Shown: one piece after another, positions 1-9,133 of the stretch
How positions within the stretch are numbered: position 1 is the first letter of the stretch
Layout of the letters: each line of letters begins with the position of its first letter
IMG/VR virus record: IMGVR_UViG_3300005662_000039
Span: 4,188 to 68,187 of that record
Reading direction: 5' to 3' (one strand)
DNA: 64,000 nt
Source of the DNA: a virus
Taxonomy: Duplodnaviria > Caudoviricetes
Notes under the pieces: generated by a model
What the model was told of the DNA's origin: nothing
Database searches by the model: none
Seen by the model: only the letters and a program-made list of their open reading frames with translations
Made by a program: the position numbers and the translations under genes

Positions 1-1
1 T

Positions 2-1093
2 ATAGTCGTTAGTTCTGGTGTTGAATACGCTGGTACGGGATATTTCAAAGACACATCTAGGGCTAAGGTATTTTACTTTAATGCGGATAATAATGGACTA
101 TCAGATCCAAGAACCGCAGAATCTCAAAAACCAGCCATCAAGGCTATCGAGTTTGGCTATACAGTTGTTGCTGGAATGGTCGGAGAGCCAGATGCAGTGG
201 ATCAGACTACTCAATACCCAGATCCACGAGCGATTATATACGCCGCCTCTAATGGCATACCAATGGCTTGTGCCATGATATGGTCTCAGCGCGCAGTCGG
301 AGAGCATTTGGCTGTATACGGAGATCCTCTCGCCAGGTTTAGAGCTGAAGATATAGCAGAAAAGAAATTCGATGCAGTTGAAGGATACCTGAGTTCTATA
401 AATAATATAGCACAAGCAAGATCTCAGATAAGAACAAGAGAACTATATGCATCTAGAATACTTAGAATAGTATCTGCTGCAGACAGTGCGGATTTCAAAA
501 GAAAATTCCTACTTAAAGCCAAGTCGCTGAGTTTTATTGAAGATGGTATATCACTTGGAATGCTTGCAAGTCCAAGTTCTGAACTTAGAAACATATCTAA
601 GCATGTGGGATATGCAAAATATGATTTTATCACAGAACCAAGTTTTGAAGAACTCATTAAACTTATTGGTAAAAAAATACCACTTAGTTTTTTACGCTCT
701 AATATAGATTCTAACTTGATAGTATCTAGAGTTGGTTCTAGTTTAATACAGCCACCAGGAATCGCAGTAATTGAATTCAGGCTACCTACTATAACTGGAT
801 TGCCAAGATTTTTTCACTTAATGGCAAATGGATATGATGCTGAAGGAAATCTAGTATTTAGTGTAGATTCAGTTAATAGGTCGGATCTTTGGAGATACGA
901 GTCCGAACCAGGAGTATTGAGAAGAATACCACCAGAAGGTATCTACACATCTCTATCTGGAAGATATATAGAATTTACCCAGCCTACAGGTTCTTCCCCA
1001 CCTCTTGTTGAAATAAGAGGAGAGTTCAGTATAATTGATCCAGAAAACGATCCTGAACTTATACATGAAACATATTGGAGAACGCAAGAATGA
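2..1093 (+). CDS. 5'-truncated protein; possible TIGR03790-like (caspase/gingipain-fold-like) C-terminal region
   Basis: The frame of ORF 176..1093 is open back to position 2 (IVVSSGVEYAGTGYF...). The segment GMVGEP...YPDP...AVYGDPLARF resembles the G-x-V-x-EP...GDPL signature I recall for TIGR03790 proteins. Confidence 0.4.
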   Translation: MVVSSGVEYAGTGYFKDTSRAKVFYFNADNNGLSDPRTAESQKPAIKAIEFGYTVVAGMVGEPDAVDQTTQYPDPRAIIYAASNGIPMACAMIWSQRAVGEHLAVYGDPLARFRAEDIAEKKFDAVEGYLSSINNIAQARSQIRTRELYASRILRIVSAADSADFKRKFLLKAKSLSFIEDGISLGMLASPSSELRNISKHVGYAKYDFITEPSFEELIKLIGKKIPLSFLRSNIDSNLIVSRVGSSLIQPPGIAVIEFRLPTITGLPRFFHLMANGYDAEGNLVFSVDSVNRSDLWRYESEPGVLRRIPPEGIYTSLSGRYIEFTQPTGSSPPLVEIRGEFSIIDPENDPELIHETYWRTQE

Positions 1094-1590
1094 GTAACCC
1101 AGGAATAAGACCGGGAGCTTATCGAAGCATAATGGAATCTGCATCAGAGTCTTTATATTGCTGTCACCAGGCTAATTTATACATAGATAAAGCAATGTTT
1201 TCCATTGAGAGGTCTGCTATTCAGCCAGAAAATCCTAATAGAAAAAAGACCTTATCAAGCATGGAGGTTTCAAAGAGAAAACTGACAGATCTAGCAGCTT
1301 CTCCAAGTCAAGCAATTGTTTCTTTTGCAATTGATGTTACAAAGTACACCATAGGCACTTATGGGTATAGTGGTATAGAAGATATGTTAGCCGACCAATA
1401 TATATCAGTTCCACAGCCAATTCTTACAGTCATGCAAGGAATAGGTTTTCTGACAGATGTTGCAGAAGGCGGAGATGAATCGGCTAGATGGTTAGATATC
1501 GGAGACTCTCTTGATGAGATATCTATCTCTAGTATTTCAGGAACACTTATGACTTGGGATTGGATTGGTTCCGTTGGTATTAGCGCTTGA
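1090..1590 (+). CDS. hypothetical protein
   Basis: ATG at 1090 overlaps the upstream stop (ATGA). No recognisable motif. Confidence 0.7.
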   Translation: MSNPGIRPGAYRSIMESASESLYCCHQANLYIDKAMFSIERSAIQPENPNRKKTLSSMEVSKRKLTDLAASPSQAIVSFAIDVTKYTIGTYGYSGIEDMLADQYISVPQPILTVMQGIGFLTDVAEGGDESARWLDIGDSLDEISISSISGTLMTWDWIGSVGISA

Positions 1591-2022
1591 CGGACCTTTT
1601 ATTTCGTTATTAATATTCAATTCTTTAAGGCTTGCAAGGAATCTGTACCATGCTTCCATATTTCTTGGACTTGCGGGAACGGTATGCGCAAAGAGTCTTA
1701 TTGATTGAATGCATTCATTAAAATTATTTACAACAGAACTTGCTGATTTTATCTCTCTTGATTTTCCTATGTTCTTTAATTTCGCATTGATAACCATTTC
1801 ATTTGGATATTCTCTCTCTAGCTCCTCCACTACCTTATTCAAAGCATTTCTAACTGACTGAAGAGCCAATGACAGTGCGATATTCTGATTGGCCAGCATA
1901 TCATTTTTCACTTGCAAGTCGCTAATTATTTTTAGAGCAGATCCTGTGTTTGAAACAGACCCCATGGCAACTGCTATCATATCAGAAAGTTTTTTTTCAC
2001 TACTATCTTGCATGTTCAACAC
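1537..2022 (-). CDS. hypothetical protein with coiled-coil segment
   Basis: 161-aa ORF with heptad-like stretch LQVKNDMLANQNIALSLALQSVRNALNKVVEEL; last of three overlapping - strand genes. Confidence 0.65.
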   Translation of the reverse strand: MLNMQDSSEKKLSDMIAVAMGSVSNTGSALKIISDLQVKNDMLANQNIALSLALQSVRNALNKVVEELEREYPNEMVINAKLKNIGKSREIKSASSVVNNFNECIQSIRLFAHTVPASPRNMEAWYRFLASLKELNINNEIKGPSSANTNGTNPIPSHKCS

Positions 2023-2642
2023 CTTGGTAAACTATGAGCATCATTATATGCCTCAACTAAATCTACGGCTTTATTGTAGTAGGAAGGCAGCCAATCTCCA
2101 AAAACTCCTATCAATGCCTTATGTTTTTCATCCTTATCGGGTAAGGGATTGCCATAATCGTCTTTTGCATAAATCATTTTCTTAATATCAACCACACCAG
2201 ATGCTTGACCGTGAGCATTCGCAAAGTCAACTATCATATCTAATACTTTTACAAAATCCTGAAAAATTATAGGATTCATTGCCAGTGCTGCGGCATTGGA
2301 TGTAAGTCTTTTTCTTAAGACATTGCAATATATTTCATTATATATATACTGACACACACTACCGGGAGCTATCGAAGTATTCTTTGAATGCTCGTTAAAC
2401 TCCGAATCCATATGAGACTTCATTGATCTAGAAAAATCTGCCAAGTTTGAATATCCCTTTTGCTGAATCATGTCAATAGCCATTCGAGATGATCCTCGAT
2501 TGCCCATCCATGTGTCCCCTATGATAGGATCCAAGTTTTCTTGAATTCTTTTTGCGCCTTCCAGACCCTTGTTTAGGATCTGTCTCAGCGATGGACTAAA
2601 AGCTTTTTTTGCCAAATAACTTTCGGTGTGAATTTTTATCAT
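2016..2642 (-). CDS. hypothetical protein
   Basis: 208-aa ORF, start/stop-coupled to its neighbours. Confidence 0.75.
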   Translation of the reverse strand: MIKIHTESYLAKKAFSPSLRQILNKGLEGAKRIQENLDPIIGDTWMGNRGSSRMAIDMIQQKGYSNLADFSRSMKSHMDSEFNEHSKNTSIAPGSVCQYIYNEIYCNVLRKRLTSNAAALAMNPIIFQDFVKVLDMIVDFANAHGQASGVVDIKKMIYAKDDYGNPLPDKDEKHKALIGVFGDWLPSYYNKAVDLVEAYNDAHSLPRC

Positions 2643-3127
2643 TTTGATACCTGTTCAAGTTCTTTCTCGAATGCTGGAAGAAATCTATCTATGCTATCGT
2701 TAACTCCAATGAGCATAGTAAATGATCTATCTGCCCTCATTTTTTCAAGAAGCTCTTTTGTGGCGTTTTTTATATCTGGGTGAAAAGCGTATGATGTCAT
2801 ATCTGTCGGTGGAAGTGCTGAAGTTTTTTTATTTATGATTGTTGCAGGTCTTTCCGTAAAACCAACGCTTCTGGTTCCCTGGACGGAATAGGTTATATCT
2901 ATACAATGATTCAACAACTCTGATACCCTCTTTATCTTGTTAAATAAAATTCCTACTGGTCTTATATCATAAGTTGTTCCAGAAGAAGATATTATCATAT
3001 TAATAGTATGCAAAGAAAATTCCAATAATTTAACAGTCTTTTCAGCGACTACAAGTTGCTCATGCGAAAACACATCTTTGTTCTCGCCCGTAATCATTGA
3101 TTTTATACCCCACATAAATCTTTTCAT
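2639..3127 (-). CDS. hypothetical protein
   Basis: 162-aa ORF overlapping the next gene by 4 nt. Confidence 0.75.
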   Translation of the reverse strand: MKRFMWGIKSMITGENKDVFSHEQLVVAEKTVKLLEFSLHTINMIISSSGTTYDIRPVGILFNKIKRVSELLNHCIDITYSVQGTRSVGFTERPATIINKKTSALPPTDMTSYAFHPDIKNATKELLEKMRADRSFTMLIGVNDSIDRFLPAFEKELEQVSK

Positions 3128-3196
3128 ATTGTTTTTTACTTGTAATTAAGATATACTCCTAAAGGATATTTCGCAAAGATAGTCGAAAATAAAATC

Positions 3197-4189
3197 ATGA
3201 ACATAAAATTAGCAAGAATTCATAATAGAAATATGCTGATGCGTATTGCTCAGCAAGCAGCTACAGTTGCTGATGACGGTACTAAAACCGATACTACAGG
3301 CGGCAAAGACAATGGAGCCACCGCTCCTAGCGGTACTCCTACTCCTGCCCAGGCAAATAATACTGGAACTACCCAATTACAAAATAAAGCCCCTGCTGAT
3401 GGGTATGACACTTTTGTTCAAAGACAACAGCTTAATCAATTTAAAAAGGAGCCATGGCTTATTAATCTTTATTATGCATATCAGCCACAGCCAAGCACAA
3501 GGCTTGAGAATGATCTAGGGGGAGCTGTAAGAAGGGCCACTGGGACATCATCAGATAGAATAAGAGAGCATTTAGCAAATGCTCTCTCAAGATTAGAAAG
3601 TCCAAAAGTCGTATCCCTAAGAGATAAAGCCATTAATGAATATGCTAGATGGAATGAGCAAGTTACATCAGAAAAGTCGAGAATGCAGGGACAGGCTGAT
3701 GCCGCAAAAAGCCAGGATGCCGCCAAGGCACATGATGCATTGTTAGAATGGCAAGAAGGGACTGATGATCCTAGTTGGCTGTTTCTGACTAATGAGGTTT
3801 CAAAGTCAGCCCTGAAGCAAGCTCAAATGCAGATTGTCAGAGAAATCGAGAGAGAAGGAAGTGGTATTTTGAACTCAAATCCACTATCTTTCTCCGCAGT
3901 AGCAACTGATCCAATTTCTTATTTTAATAATTTAATGGAACAGGGATATGTAAGGAACATACAGAGCAAGGGAATAGCTCTTCCATTTGATGTTATAATG
4001 GGATGGGCTGAATCGCTAAATGAAGCCCAAAGGATGACCCCGCAGTTCCAGAGATTCCAAGGTTTAGTAGACCAAGCATCGGAGAGGCAGGGAGTCCAAA
4101 CCGATATTAGAGGCATAAGAAACCAAGGCATGATTGATAGAGCAAGAGCAGCAGAACAGAGAAGAATGAGACCTGGACGACCGCGCTAA
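3197..4189 (+). CDS. putative internal head protein with leader ending R-I-A-Q
   Basis: MNIKLARIHNRNMLMRIAQ|QAATV..., then a T/G/P-rich linker and a helical Q/E/R-rich body; followed by a terminator. Confidence 0.6.
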   Translation: MNIKLARIHNRNMLMRIAQQAATVADDGTKTDTTGGKDNGATAPSGTPTPAQANNTGTTQLQNKAPADGYDTFVQRQQLNQFKKEPWLINLYYAYQPQPSTRLENDLGGAVRRATGTSSDRIREHLANALSRLESPKVVSLRDKAINEYARWNEQVTSEKSRMQGQADAAKSQDAAKAHDALLEWQEGTDDPSWLFLTNEVSKSALKQAQMQIVREIEREGSGILNSNPLSFSAVATDPISYFNNLMEQGYVRNIQSKGIALPFDVIMGWAESLNEAQRMTPQFQRFQGLVDQASERQGVQTDIRGIRNQGMIDRARAAEQRRMRPGRPR

Positions 4190-4223
4190 AATAAAATAGC
4201 CATATAATAAAAAGGGCACTAAT

Positions 4224-4258
4224 AATAAAAAAGGGCACTAATAGTGCCCTTTTTTATT
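4224..4258. terminator. bidirectional intrinsic terminator
   Basis: Perfect 17-bp inverted repeat AATAAAAAAGGGCACTA-a-TAGTGCCCTTTTTTATT between convergent genes. Confidence 0.9.
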
Positions 4259-4274
4259 CAAATAAATCAACCAA

Positions 4275-4823
4275 TCATGGAGCTTCTACTGCTCTAGCCA
4301 GATCCAGATACTCAAATTGCTGAGTATTTCTATTAAATTTAACTGGATAATATAGTTTTTTACCATTAACTACAAATGGTCCATGCATGCCATTTTCTGA
4401 AATTTTATTGTCTTTAAAGAATAATTTTGCATCAGGAGCATCTTGTGTTGGATTTGGCACAAATCCTGCCGTAAGAGCACCTCCTGGACCAAGTCCACTA
4501 TTCATACTGCCAATGCTTATTCCAGATGTGGAAGCTTGCCCAGATGCTGGAATAGGTATATTAGGATCACTAAATTGAGTTGCCTGCACTCCTGGACCTC
4601 CAATTCCAGCCTGAGCAGGCTGATTGACATCCGTAGCAGCCGAAGTGCCACCTAATCCAGGGGCTCGTACACTATTTTCGACAGGAGGTCTTATTGTAGG
4701 CACTGGAGATGGCATGTTTATTGGTCCCGCCATCTGTGCATGCTTGTTCATTTTTAATATATTATCCATTCCTTGCATTGGAAAGTTTGATGATATCTTT
4801 ATCTTCATGTTGTTATCCTCCAA
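4275..4823 (-). CDS. Pro/Gly-rich protein with KIKIS leader and K-H-A-Q motif; putative internal virion protein
   Basis: MKIKISSNF...MNKHAQ|MAGPINMP; low-complexity P/G/A/Q body. Confidence 0.65.
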   Translation of the reverse strand: MEDNNMKIKISSNFPMQGMDNILKMNKHAQMAGPINMPSPVPTIRPPVENSVRAPGLGGTSAATDVNQPAQAGIGGPGVQATQFSDPNIPIPASGQASTSGISIGSMNSGLGPGGALTAGFVPNPTQDAPDAKLFFKDNKISENGMHGPFVVNGKKLYYPVKFNRNTQQFEYLDLARAVEAP

Positions 4824-5553
4824 GCATTCTTGGATTTAATTGCCTACCACCAGATGGCTGAGTAGCTTTTGCCTTAGGAGCAGAAGGAGCTGGAGCAGCA
4901 GGTTCTGGAAGCTTTCCAGTGTCTTTCACAGTCTCGTACTCTTTAAGTATCTCCCTGCCAGCTTCACCAGTTTTTGCTGAAGCATCATCTGGAGATATAT
5001 CTGTTTTCTTAGTCTGAGGATTTCCAGGTCTGGTTCCTCCTACGGGCTTTTTTGCTGCCTCAAATAGGATCGCATAGTTTTGATCTTCTCTCCTCTTTCG
5101 AGCGACGGCTTCTCTTTTTTGTTTTACATCTACATTTGGAACAGCCATCCCCTTGGATCTAAGTTCCTGCTCCATAAGCTCCAGTGTGGTTCTGCCTTGA
5201 TTTATGGCATCCATCACAGCTTCTTGTATATTTAATGTTGCTGACTTGAGTAGCGGAGCTACTTCTTTCTCCAAAGCGATTAAACCTGTTTCGTACTGGG
5301 CAACAGATTCTGTAGTGACCTTAAAACCTCCCATTACTTCCTGCCAAGATCTTCCGCCCGTAAGAGCATTCCAACCTGCGCCTATTGCTTCTCCGCCAAG
5401 ATATATTCCAGCACCAATCAAAAGAGATGCCGTTATGGGATCCATGGCTTCCTTGCGAAGTTCTAAATATCCAGCATCATTTATGCCAATGTATCCTCGA
5501 GATATACCAGCTTCAGCCCATTTGTTTCTGTTTATTTTTACATTATTTTTCAT
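4813..5553 (-). CDS. putative internal/ejection protein with hydrophobic Gly-rich segment
   Basis: Leader VKINRNKWAEAGISRG...LRKEA|MDPITASLLIGAGIYLGGEAIGAGW, then a coiled coil and a P/A/K tail. Confidence 0.65.
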   Translation of the reverse strand: MKNNVKINRNKWAEAGISRGYIGINDAGYLELRKEAMDPITASLLIGAGIYLGGEAIGAGWNALTGGRSWQEVMGGFKVTTESVAQYETGLIALEKEVAPLLKSATLNIQEAVMDAINQGRTTLELMEQELRSKGMAVPNVDVKQKREAVARKRREDQNYAILFEAAKKPVGGTRPGNPQTKKTDISPDDASAKTGEAGREILKEYETVKDTGKLPEPAAPAPSAPKAKATQPSGGRQLNPRMLGG

Positions 5554-5562
5554 CTTAAGTCC

Positions 5563-6570
5563 TTATTGATTGGCTGGATTAAATTGTTCACTAACGCTAG
5601 ATGGAGATGACAAATCTTCTGGCAAGGTTTGCTCAGACATTACATCTTGAATTTTTCCAGAAACTGCTGCCTGATATCCAGGATCATTCTCCAGATCCTT
5701 AGCCATGGAGGCTATGTATGAATTCAATGCATCCAATTTTTCATTAGGACCTGCTGCGTGACCGTACATCATTGGCATGACTTTTTGAGCAAGTATTTCT
5801 TGCGCTTTATTGAATTCTTGAGCACCTTTGGGGGTTCTTATTGCTCCAGATACATCATTGGCTCCTCTACTCCAGTCATACACAGACATAAGTCCCTTAT
5901 GAACACCCCATGCAGCCATTGAGCCAGCTGCTGACACTAAATTCCCAGCCATAAAGCCGCGCACGCCGCCTGATGCTATAGCCCCAGCAAGACCAGTCCT
6001 GGCTGTGGCCAACGCTCCAGGAACAGCTCGTCCTCCTGCAGCTAGTCCACGCACAGTAGACATGGCTCTTCCTGAACCAGATGCTCTTGCCGCAGAAAAT
6101 TCAGTTCCTACTGCAGATAACGGTTGTTTTAATCCCATTCTGACGCCAGCTGTTGGAGCAGCTCTAGAAACTACTCCTCCAGTAGAAGTTGGAACTCCCT
6201 GAACTGCTTCGATGGCCTGTCCAGTTGGCGATACTACTCCGCTAGGACCTATCAACATATCTCCAAGCCTGCTGGTTGTATATCGAGGAACCGTAGTCAT
6301 TCCACTTGGTATGCTTCCAAGACCTTTACCTTTCATTCCCGAAACTACTCCTCCAGGAACTCCGTAGCCAATGCTCCTTTGCATGGCATCATAGCTATTT
6401 GCCTGGGCTCGTTTAGTTAGCGAAGATGAGTTTGCGGAAAAAGCAGAAAGATTAAGAATCAAGGCATCTTCAGATATAATAATGCTTCCGTCCTTGATTC
6501 CAGCCATTACCCATTCTCGTGATGAGATTTTTATTTTATTAGTATTTGACTTTTTTACATTTTCACTCAT
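5563..6570 (-). CDS. Gly/Ala-rich putative internal/ejection protein
   Basis: Likely start ATG 6570 (MSENVKK) with AGAGG upstream; leader KIKISSREWVMAGIKDG...TKRAQ|ANSY; glycine-zipper-like segments. Confidence 0.7.
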   Translation of the reverse strand: MSENVKKSNTNKIKISSREWVMAGIKDGSIIISEDALILNLSAFSANSSSLTKRAQANSYDAMQRSIGYGVPGGVVSGMKGKGLGSIPSGMTTVPRYTTSRLGDMLIGPSGVVSPTGQAIEAVQGVPTSTGGVVSRAAPTAGVRMGLKQPLSAVGTEFSAARASGSGRAMSTVRGLAAGGRAVPGALATARTGLAGAIASGGVRGFMAGNLVSAAGSMAAWGVHKGLMSVYDWSRGANDVSGAIRTPKGAQEFNKAQEILAQKVMPMMYGHAAGPNEKLDALNSYIASMAKDLENDPGYQAAVSGKIQDVMSEQTLPEDLSSPSSVSEQFNPANQ

Positions 6571-6598
6571 ATTTGCCTCTGATTTATAATATGGTATA

Positions 6599-7228
6599 TT
6601 AATTCTTATTCCTAAGTACAGCCATTTGCTGCATGGCACGAATCTGTTGTTTGCTAATTTTTTCCTGAGTTGCACCTATGGCAGCCGCCAGCGCTATGCC
6701 TTTGTTATCAATATGAGAAGCCATGCCCTGCATTCTGCCTATTAATTTTTGCAAAGTACCCAGGTTCGTACCAGCAGCCTGAAGTGACCCCACATCGCTA
6801 GCAATGGCAGGATTTATTTTTGAAGAACCAGCCAATGCAGAAGATATCAATTCTTCTATATAATTTGCCCCCATGTAGGCTCCTATGGCAGGAGCAGCAA
6901 CTGCGGCTGCCGGAAGAACCGCCCTGCTTGCAGAACCAAGCCATGGGAAAAGTCTGGATCCTAGGTTTTTAGCAGCAGCAGGCGCAGCTGCCCCAGCAGC
7001 AACACCAACTGCCACATCCTTGCTACTCATGGCATTTGATCCAGTTGCAGGAGTCCCGTATCCTGATTCTGAGCCACCAGGAGCTCCAGAAACTCCCTTG
7101 ACGCCATATGAGGCAGCAGCATCTTCTATCGACCTAGATAGGCTTCTATGATCGCCTATGAAATTTGGGATCATTTGCGCAGTCTTCTTGCGACTGCAAT
7201 CAGGGCATCTTTGAATTTCCTTTTTCAA
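6599..7228 (-). CDS. Ala/Gly-rich putative internal/ejection protein, CxxC + K-T-A-Q leader
   Basis: Likely TTG start at 7228 overlapping the upstream TGA: MKKEIQRCPDCSRKKTAQ|MIPNF; hydrophobic AVLPAAAVAAPAIGAYMGA segment. Confidence 0.65.
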   Translation of the reverse strand: MKKEIQRCPDCSRKKTAQMIPNFIGDHRSLSRSIEDAAASYGVKGVSGAPGGSESGYGTPATGSNAMSSKDVAVGVAAGAAAPAAAKNLGSRLFPWLGSASRAVLPAAAVAAPAIGAYMGANYIEELISSALAGSSKINPAIASDVGSLQAAGTNLGTLQKLIGRMQGMASHIDNKGIALAAAIGATQEKISKQQIRAMQQMAVLRNKN

Positions 7229-7560
7229 GGCAATTTCGTTCCCTTCCTCCACGCCTTACAACTCCAGTATCTTGCAGTAGTCCTATCCTTTGCTGTATCG
7301 CATTTATGCCTTGCGAGAAAGGACTTCTGCCTGTTGGGCTTGTTTCTTTTGATACTCAGGGTCTTTTCTCCCTTTGATTTTGCACTAGATCCGCCGTGTC
7401 CGAAATTAACCTTCTTTACATTCCCTGACTTTGGATCTTTCACATAAACCTTGAACTTTTTAACATCGCCCTTCATTATCTTGCCAAGAGAGACTTCCTT
7501 GCCTTGATATTGAGCAGCATGCTTTTTAAGTTCAAATGATTCTGTTTCTATTATTACCAT
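7225..7560 (-). CDS. small basic conserved phage protein (YQG...KKFKVYV...VNFG...KSFLARH-C...ARYWSC-W family)
   Basis: Motif pattern I recognise from many large-phage hypothetical proteins; here preceded by KKHAAQ. Confidence 0.75.
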   Translation of the reverse strand: MVIIETESFELKKHAAQYQGKEVSLGKIMKGDVKKFKVYVKDPKSGNVKKVNFGHGGSSAKSKGEKTLSIKRNKPNRQKSFLARHKCDTAKDRTTARYWSCKAWRKGTKLP

Positions 7561-7578
7561 TTAAATCTCCACTTATTC

Positions 7579-8250
7579 TTATGTAGGAGAATAGTTTTTT
7601 CCTTGCGATTCCTCTAAAGAATAATCAATTGCAATCGATAAAGTCGCTTCGTAGAAGCTTTTCCTGGAATCAACACCAACAATCCAGCGATATTTGGGAT
7701 CTCCCTCTGACTTCTTTCTATTTACAATAGTGGTAAAGTCTTCTCCTGTCTCTGAATGTATTCTCATTATTTCAGAGCTAACTGGAGGAGTTACAACCCC
7801 ATTTGGAGTTGCTTTTTTGACTACAACTACCTTGTCATTAGAGGGTATGTCAGTCAACTCAAAATCAGCGGATATAAACTTAAAAGGCAGTGATCTATTG
7901 CCTGAAAAAACCGCATCGCATATGGCATTTCTTATTTCTTCTTGCTTTTCTGTTATTACTTGAGAAGCAACCATGGATCTCCATTCTTCAAAAGCATTTA
8001 TTTCACTGTTATCAGGATCTTCTGACTTCACCATCTTGTCAAGAACTTTTCTCAAGGTCTTGCAGTCCTTGACATCAAATCTTATCCATGTATTTTTTTC
8101 CCCTAGACCTGACATTTTTCCTTTACTCATCTTGAAGTCGACAAGAACGGAATCCTTGTCCTTCATTGCCTGATCCACTATGTCCTGCACTGCATCGGCT
8201 ACTTCTATTGACTTTATAAATTCCGAAAAAGATTCAGATATCATGTTCAA
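7579..8250 (-). CDS. hypothetical protein
   Basis: 223-aa ORF; exact start uncertain (TTG 8250, ATG 8244 or a later GTG/ATG). Confidence 0.7.
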   Translation of the reverse strand: MNMISESFSEFIKSIEVADAVQDIVDQAMKDKDSVLVDFKMSKGKMSGLGEKNTWIRFDVKDCKTLRKVLDKMVKSEDPDNSEINAFEEWRSMVASQVITEKQEEIRNAICDAVFSGNRSLPFKFISADFELTDIPSNDKVVVVKKATPNGVVTPPVSSEIMRIHSETGEDFTTIVNRKKSEGDPKYRWIVGVDSRKSFYEATLSIAIDYSLEESQGKNYSPT

Positions 8251-9133
8251 CTTAAAATTCCTTTCACTTAGAAATTTCTGTGGTTATAGAGAGCTAGATC
8301 TCGATTTTGAGATCGGAAATTCTCCCATTCATGTTGTTTTCGGTCCCAATGGCACTGGAAAGAGCACCATGCTTTCAGCCATAAGGATACTTGCAAATCC
8401 TCAAATGTTTCTAAATAGAGACAATGATCTTATTTTTAGAAAACTCACATGGCATCCAGATTACGATCCTACGACAATCGGATTTACTCCTTCGTCGGAA
8501 CCGCTTTTTATGAAAGCAGTATTTTCAGATATAGAAGGAAGTCAGAAGATAGTGACCATGGACAACCATGGCGTCATTGCAAATGAACTGCCTCATTATC
8601 GCAGCGATCAGGAAGGCTTTAGCATTTTTGTAGATGCAGATCATCCTATGAACATGAATAAGTTTCAGATTCCAGAAGAAGCAGGAGACAAGTTCCTAAG
8701 ACTGGCAAAGGCAGTATATGGTCTTCCTGTTTCATTGAATACAGCAATCAAAGTTGCAGAATTGGATTCATCTAGGAATTTCCATACAGACTTCATGATA
8801 GTAAAGGGTGAAGTAAATGTTCACTTTAGAAGAATGAGCGATGGAGAGAAGAAAATAGCAACATTACTACGTCACATATGCACTGAAGCAGTTCATAATC
8901 CATCAAGAATAATATTAATAGATAATGTAGAAATGCATATATACTTCAAAAGACACTCACTGCTTTCAAAGGCTTTATGCAAGGAATTTCCAGACAAGCA
9001 GTTTATAACTACATCTCATTCAAAAGCTTTCATAGATTCATGTCGTGAGCAGTATGGATCATATTCTCTCATAGATCTCGAAGAGAAGTTTTCAAAGGAC
9101 TACGCTCTGTATTCAGTAGATGAATCCTACTGA
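8243..9133 (+). CDS. ABC/SMC-like (AAA_15/AAA_21/OLD-type) ATPase
   Basis: MFNLKFLSLRNF start; Walker A GPNGTGKST; signature MSDGEKK; Walker B ILIDNVEMH; H-loop ITTSHS. Confidence 0.85.
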   Translation: MFNLKFLSLRNFCGYRELDLDFEIGNSPIHVVFGPNGTGKSTMLSAIRILANPQMFLNRDNDLIFRKLTWHPDYDPTTIGFTPSSEPLFMKAVFSDIEGSQKIVTMDNHGVIANELPHYRSDQEGFSIFVDADHPMNMNKFQIPEEAGDKFLRLAKAVYGLPVSLNTAIKVAELDSSRNFHTDFMIVKGEVNVHFRRMSDGEKKIATLLRHICTEAVHNPSRIILIDNVEMHIYFKRHSLLSKALCKEFPDKQFITTSHSKAFIDSCREQYGSYSLIDLEEKFSKDYALYSVDESY

